Assembly (NCBI GenBank): GCA_038254775.1
Contig: JBBSFV010000005.1
Span: 31,076 to 95,075, forward strand
Origin: Terriglobales bacterium
GTDB lineage: Bacteria; Acidobacteriota; Terriglobia; Terriglobales; Acidobacteriaceae
Direction of reading: 5' to 3'
DNA length: 64,000 bases
A program made the translations under genes and the position numbers. Positions 61,904-64,000 of this stretch are shown here, in pieces; position 1 is the stretch's first letter, and each line of letters opens with the position of its first letter. The notes beneath the pieces were generated by a model that worked only from the letters and a program-made list of their open reading frames with translations, did no database searches and was not told the origin of the DNA.

Positions 61904-63739
61904 ATGAGCTACCAGGTCCTGGCGCGCAAGTATCGGCCGCAGCGGTTTTCTGATGTTATCGGTCAGGACCACGTCACCCGCACGCTCAAAAATGCCATTG
62001 AACAGCAGCGCATCGCCCACGGATACATCTTCAGCGGACATCGCGGGATTGGCAAGACTACCATCGCCCGCATCCTGGCAATGGCGCTGAACTGCCGCGC
62101 AAAAGATGTCCCCAACATCGAACCTTGCGGAGTATGCGACTCATGCACGGAGATCCGCGCCGGTAACGCCGTGGATGTTATTGAGATTGATGCCGCCACG
62201 AACCGCGGCATTGACGAGATCCGCGAACTGCGCGAGGCCGCCCGATACCGTCCCGCCCGCGACCGCTACAAGATTTACATACTGGATGAAGCTCACCAGA
62301 TCACTGACGCTGCATTTAATGCGCTGCTCAAGACATTAGAAGAACCGCCCGCGCACATCATCTTCATGATGGCCACCACGCAGCCTGAGGACATTCCACA
62401 GACGATCCGCTCTCGCTGCCAGCACTTCAGCTTTCATGCCGTGCGCTTCGATGACATCGTGGGGCAATTGAAGTCGATCGCCCAGCAGGAAGGCATTCAA
62501 GCTGATACGGAGGCGCTCGCCGTGCTCGCTGAGGCTGGTGACGGCTCCATGAGAGACGCTCTTTCTATCATGGACCAGGCAATCGCCTGCTGCGGCACCA
62601 CACTCACCGCCGATCTGGTTCGCGGACTGGCGGGCACTGTTGGCTCGGAGATATTTGAAACTTTGATGCAGGCCGTGGCTGACAACTCCAGCCGGCACGC
62701 TTTGGAGATCATTGACAAGCTGGTGATTGAGGGCAACAGCCCCATGCACTTTGCCAAGCAATGGGTGCGCTTCCTGCGGAATTGCACGGTGGCAAAGATC
62801 GCCGGCGGAGGATCGTCGCTATTGCAGATCTCTGCGGACGAGCGCGCTCGCGTAACCCGCGTGGCGCAGTCGTTCTCAGAAGAAGACCTTGCGCGATTCC
62901 TGCAGATATCGCTTCGCACCCATGATGATCTCGGCTACAAACAGGAGCAGCGGTTCCATCTTGAGTTAGGGATTCTAAAGATGGTCCACGCCCAACGCTT
63001 GCTGCCACTTGAAGAGTTGCTGAGCGCGCAGCCCCTTCCGCAAGGCTCCAGTGGGGCTCGTACATCAGCTTCAGCGCCACAGCGCGGCGCTCCTGCTGCA
63101 GATTCACCCGCCACAACTTCATCTTTCAACCGCACGGCAGAAAGTTCAACGGCACGCACTCCGTTTGACTCCGACCGGGCCCGCAAGTCTCGCACTGAGA
63201 TGTCCAGCGGTGTAGGTACGGCGCAGGCGGCGGCACGTGCGCCGGAAACGATTGCTACCGTTGTGGCCGCCACCATCGCGGCCGCGAACCTTACCGCGCA
63301 TCAGGAAGCATTGCCCTCGTCCCAGGGAACCACAACTGCCCCGCAGTCCGCGGACCAACTTCGGGCAGCTGTTTACGCCGCCCTGGAAAAAGCTGGCCAC
63401 TCCAGCCTCGTCGACATCCTCGAGTCCGGTGAGTGGACGCTCGAAGGCAATGAGCTTACCGTCAAGGTCGCGAAGTCCGCGGTCATGATCGAGATGTCCT
63501 TTGGCACCGAGCCGCAGCGCGTCTTGAAGGCCGCTCTCACCCAGGCCGTCGGACGTCCCCTGAAGGTAAAGATCGTTCCCGGCGCCTCAACGGATGCCGC
63601 TACCAACCATCGCGGGACCAGCCGTCCGGTGAGTGGCGGGAATGCCCGCCTGCGCGCAGCGGACGATCCGGTAGTACAGCATATGCAGGAAAAATTCGGA
63701 GCGGAGATCCGCACCGTGATCGATTATCGCGAGAAGTAA
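61904..63739 (+). CDS. dnaX: DNA polymerase III subunits gamma/tau
   Basis: YRPQRF, Walker A GHRGIGKTT, zinc module CGVCDSC, YILDEAH and SRCQHF, with a low-complexity Ala/Ser/Thr-rich tau linker. Confidence 0.95.
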   Translation: MSYQVLARKYRPQRFSDVIGQDHVTRTLKNAIEQQRIAHGYIFSGHRGIGKTTIARILAMALNCRAKDVPNIEPCGVCDSCTEIRAGNAVDVIEIDAATNRGIDEIRELREAARYRPARDRYKIYILDEAHQITDAAFNALLKTLEEPPAHIIFMMATTQPEDIPQTIRSRCQHFSFHAVRFDDIVGQLKSIAQQEGIQADTEALAVLAEAGDGSMRDALSIMDQAIACCGTTLTADLVRGLAGTVGSEIFETLMQAVADNSSRHALEIIDKLVIEGNSPMHFAKQWVRFLRNCTVAKIAGGGSSLLQISADERARVTRVAQSFSEEDLARFLQISLRTHDDLGYKQEQRFHLELGILKMVHAQRLLPLEELLSAQPLPQGSSGARTSASAPQRGAPAADSPATTSSFNRTAESSTARTPFDSDRARKSRTEMSSGVGTAQAAARAPETIATVVAATIAAANLTAHQEALPSSQGTTTAPQSADQLRAAVYAALEKAGHSSLVDILESGEWTLEGNELTVKVAKSAVMIEMSFGTEPQRVLKAALTQAVGRPLKVKIVPGASTDAATNHRGTSRPVSGGNARLRAADDPVVQHMQEKFGAEIRTVIDYREK

Positions 63740-63741
63740 AA

Positions 63742-64000
63742 ATGCCACCATTTGATCCCAGACAATTACAAGACATGCTCACCTCTGCTCAGAAACAGGC
63801 GGAAGAGCTACAACAAAAGATGCAGCAGACCATCGTCGATGGCTCCGCGGGCGGCGGTACCGTCACCGTCAGAATGAACGGGCAAAAGCACGTGCTCAGT
63901 ATCAAGATCGATCCTGAAGCGCTCCAGGATGGCGACCTTGAGATGCTGCAGGATCTGGTCGTGGCTGCCATGAATGAAGCAGGTCGAAAGGTGGATGACG
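63742..64000 (+). CDS. ybaB: YbaB/EbfC nucleoid-associated protein (3' end beyond window)
   Basis: MPPFDPRQLQDMLTSAQKQAEELQQKMQQTIVDGSAGGGTVTVRMNGQKHVLSIKIDPEAL...DLEMLQDLVVAAMNEA. The position after dnaX is canonical. Confidence 0.88.
   Translation, partial: MPPFDPRQLQDMLTSAQKQAEELQQKMQQTIVDGSAGGGTVTVRMNGQKHVLSIKIDPEALQDGDLEMLQDLVVAAMNEAGRKVDD

Noticed and set aside
61904-63739. Search for a dnaX programmed frameshift or slippage site (A AAA AAG or a long A run)
   Set aside because: Only A5 runs were seen (for example near 63385 and 63690), with no heptanucleotide slippery site and no downstream hairpin. There is no support for gamma production by recoding.
1-64000. CRISPR arrays, tRNA genes, rRNA genes, IS elements with terminal inverted repeats
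   Set aside because: None were found by eye. The only tRNA-like sequence is the tmRNA and its 29-bp duplicate. No regularly spaced direct repeats and no transposase-like ORF were seen.

Overview
This is a 64-kb chromosomal segment whose gene repertoire looks Acidobacteria-like. Supporting genes include a VWFA-related acidobacterial-domain protein, futalosine menaquinone genes mqnA/mqnC/mqnD-like, bacillithiol bshC, a DUF1800/DUF1501 pair and an NtrC-type two-component system. Core genes include a PDZ-GAF-PAS histidine kinase with a sigma54 activator, mlaEF, dprA-topA, a GT2 synthase, bioY, glpD, msrAB, a SET-domain protein, dnaX, ybaB and a tmRNA gene (ssrA, 30528-30894). The central third (30871-51698, about 20.8 kb) is an integrase-bearing genomic island inserted into the 3' end of ssrA. 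It is bounded by a perfect 29-bp direct repeat and carries matched arm-type repeats. Its left and middle cargo is a decaying cnr/czc-like metal-efflux module with frameshifted, nonsense-interrupted, internally deleted and rearranged genes. Its right end carries a class II Fic protein and an uninterrupted, translationally coupled six-gene cassette. That cassette encodes a double-SIS/HAD-phosphatase fusion, a PRTase-like protein, a large ORC/Cdc6-like P-loop NTPase, two unknown proteins and a Zn-ribbon PfkB kinase. I cannot assign it to any named system, and it is my best candidate for an undescribed conflict or nucleotide/phosphosugar-type system. Other points are a 27-bp perfect Fur/Zur-like palindrome in front of an OM-protein/cytochrome c pair that has a decayed copy in the island, an in-frame amber codon in a DinB-family gene, and a homopolymer frameshift in the gene downstream of topA. 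There is also a 21% Met secreted protein, a candidate sigma54 promoter, and two unannotated small membrane ORFs. All domain calls come from motif recognition by eye; no searches were run.
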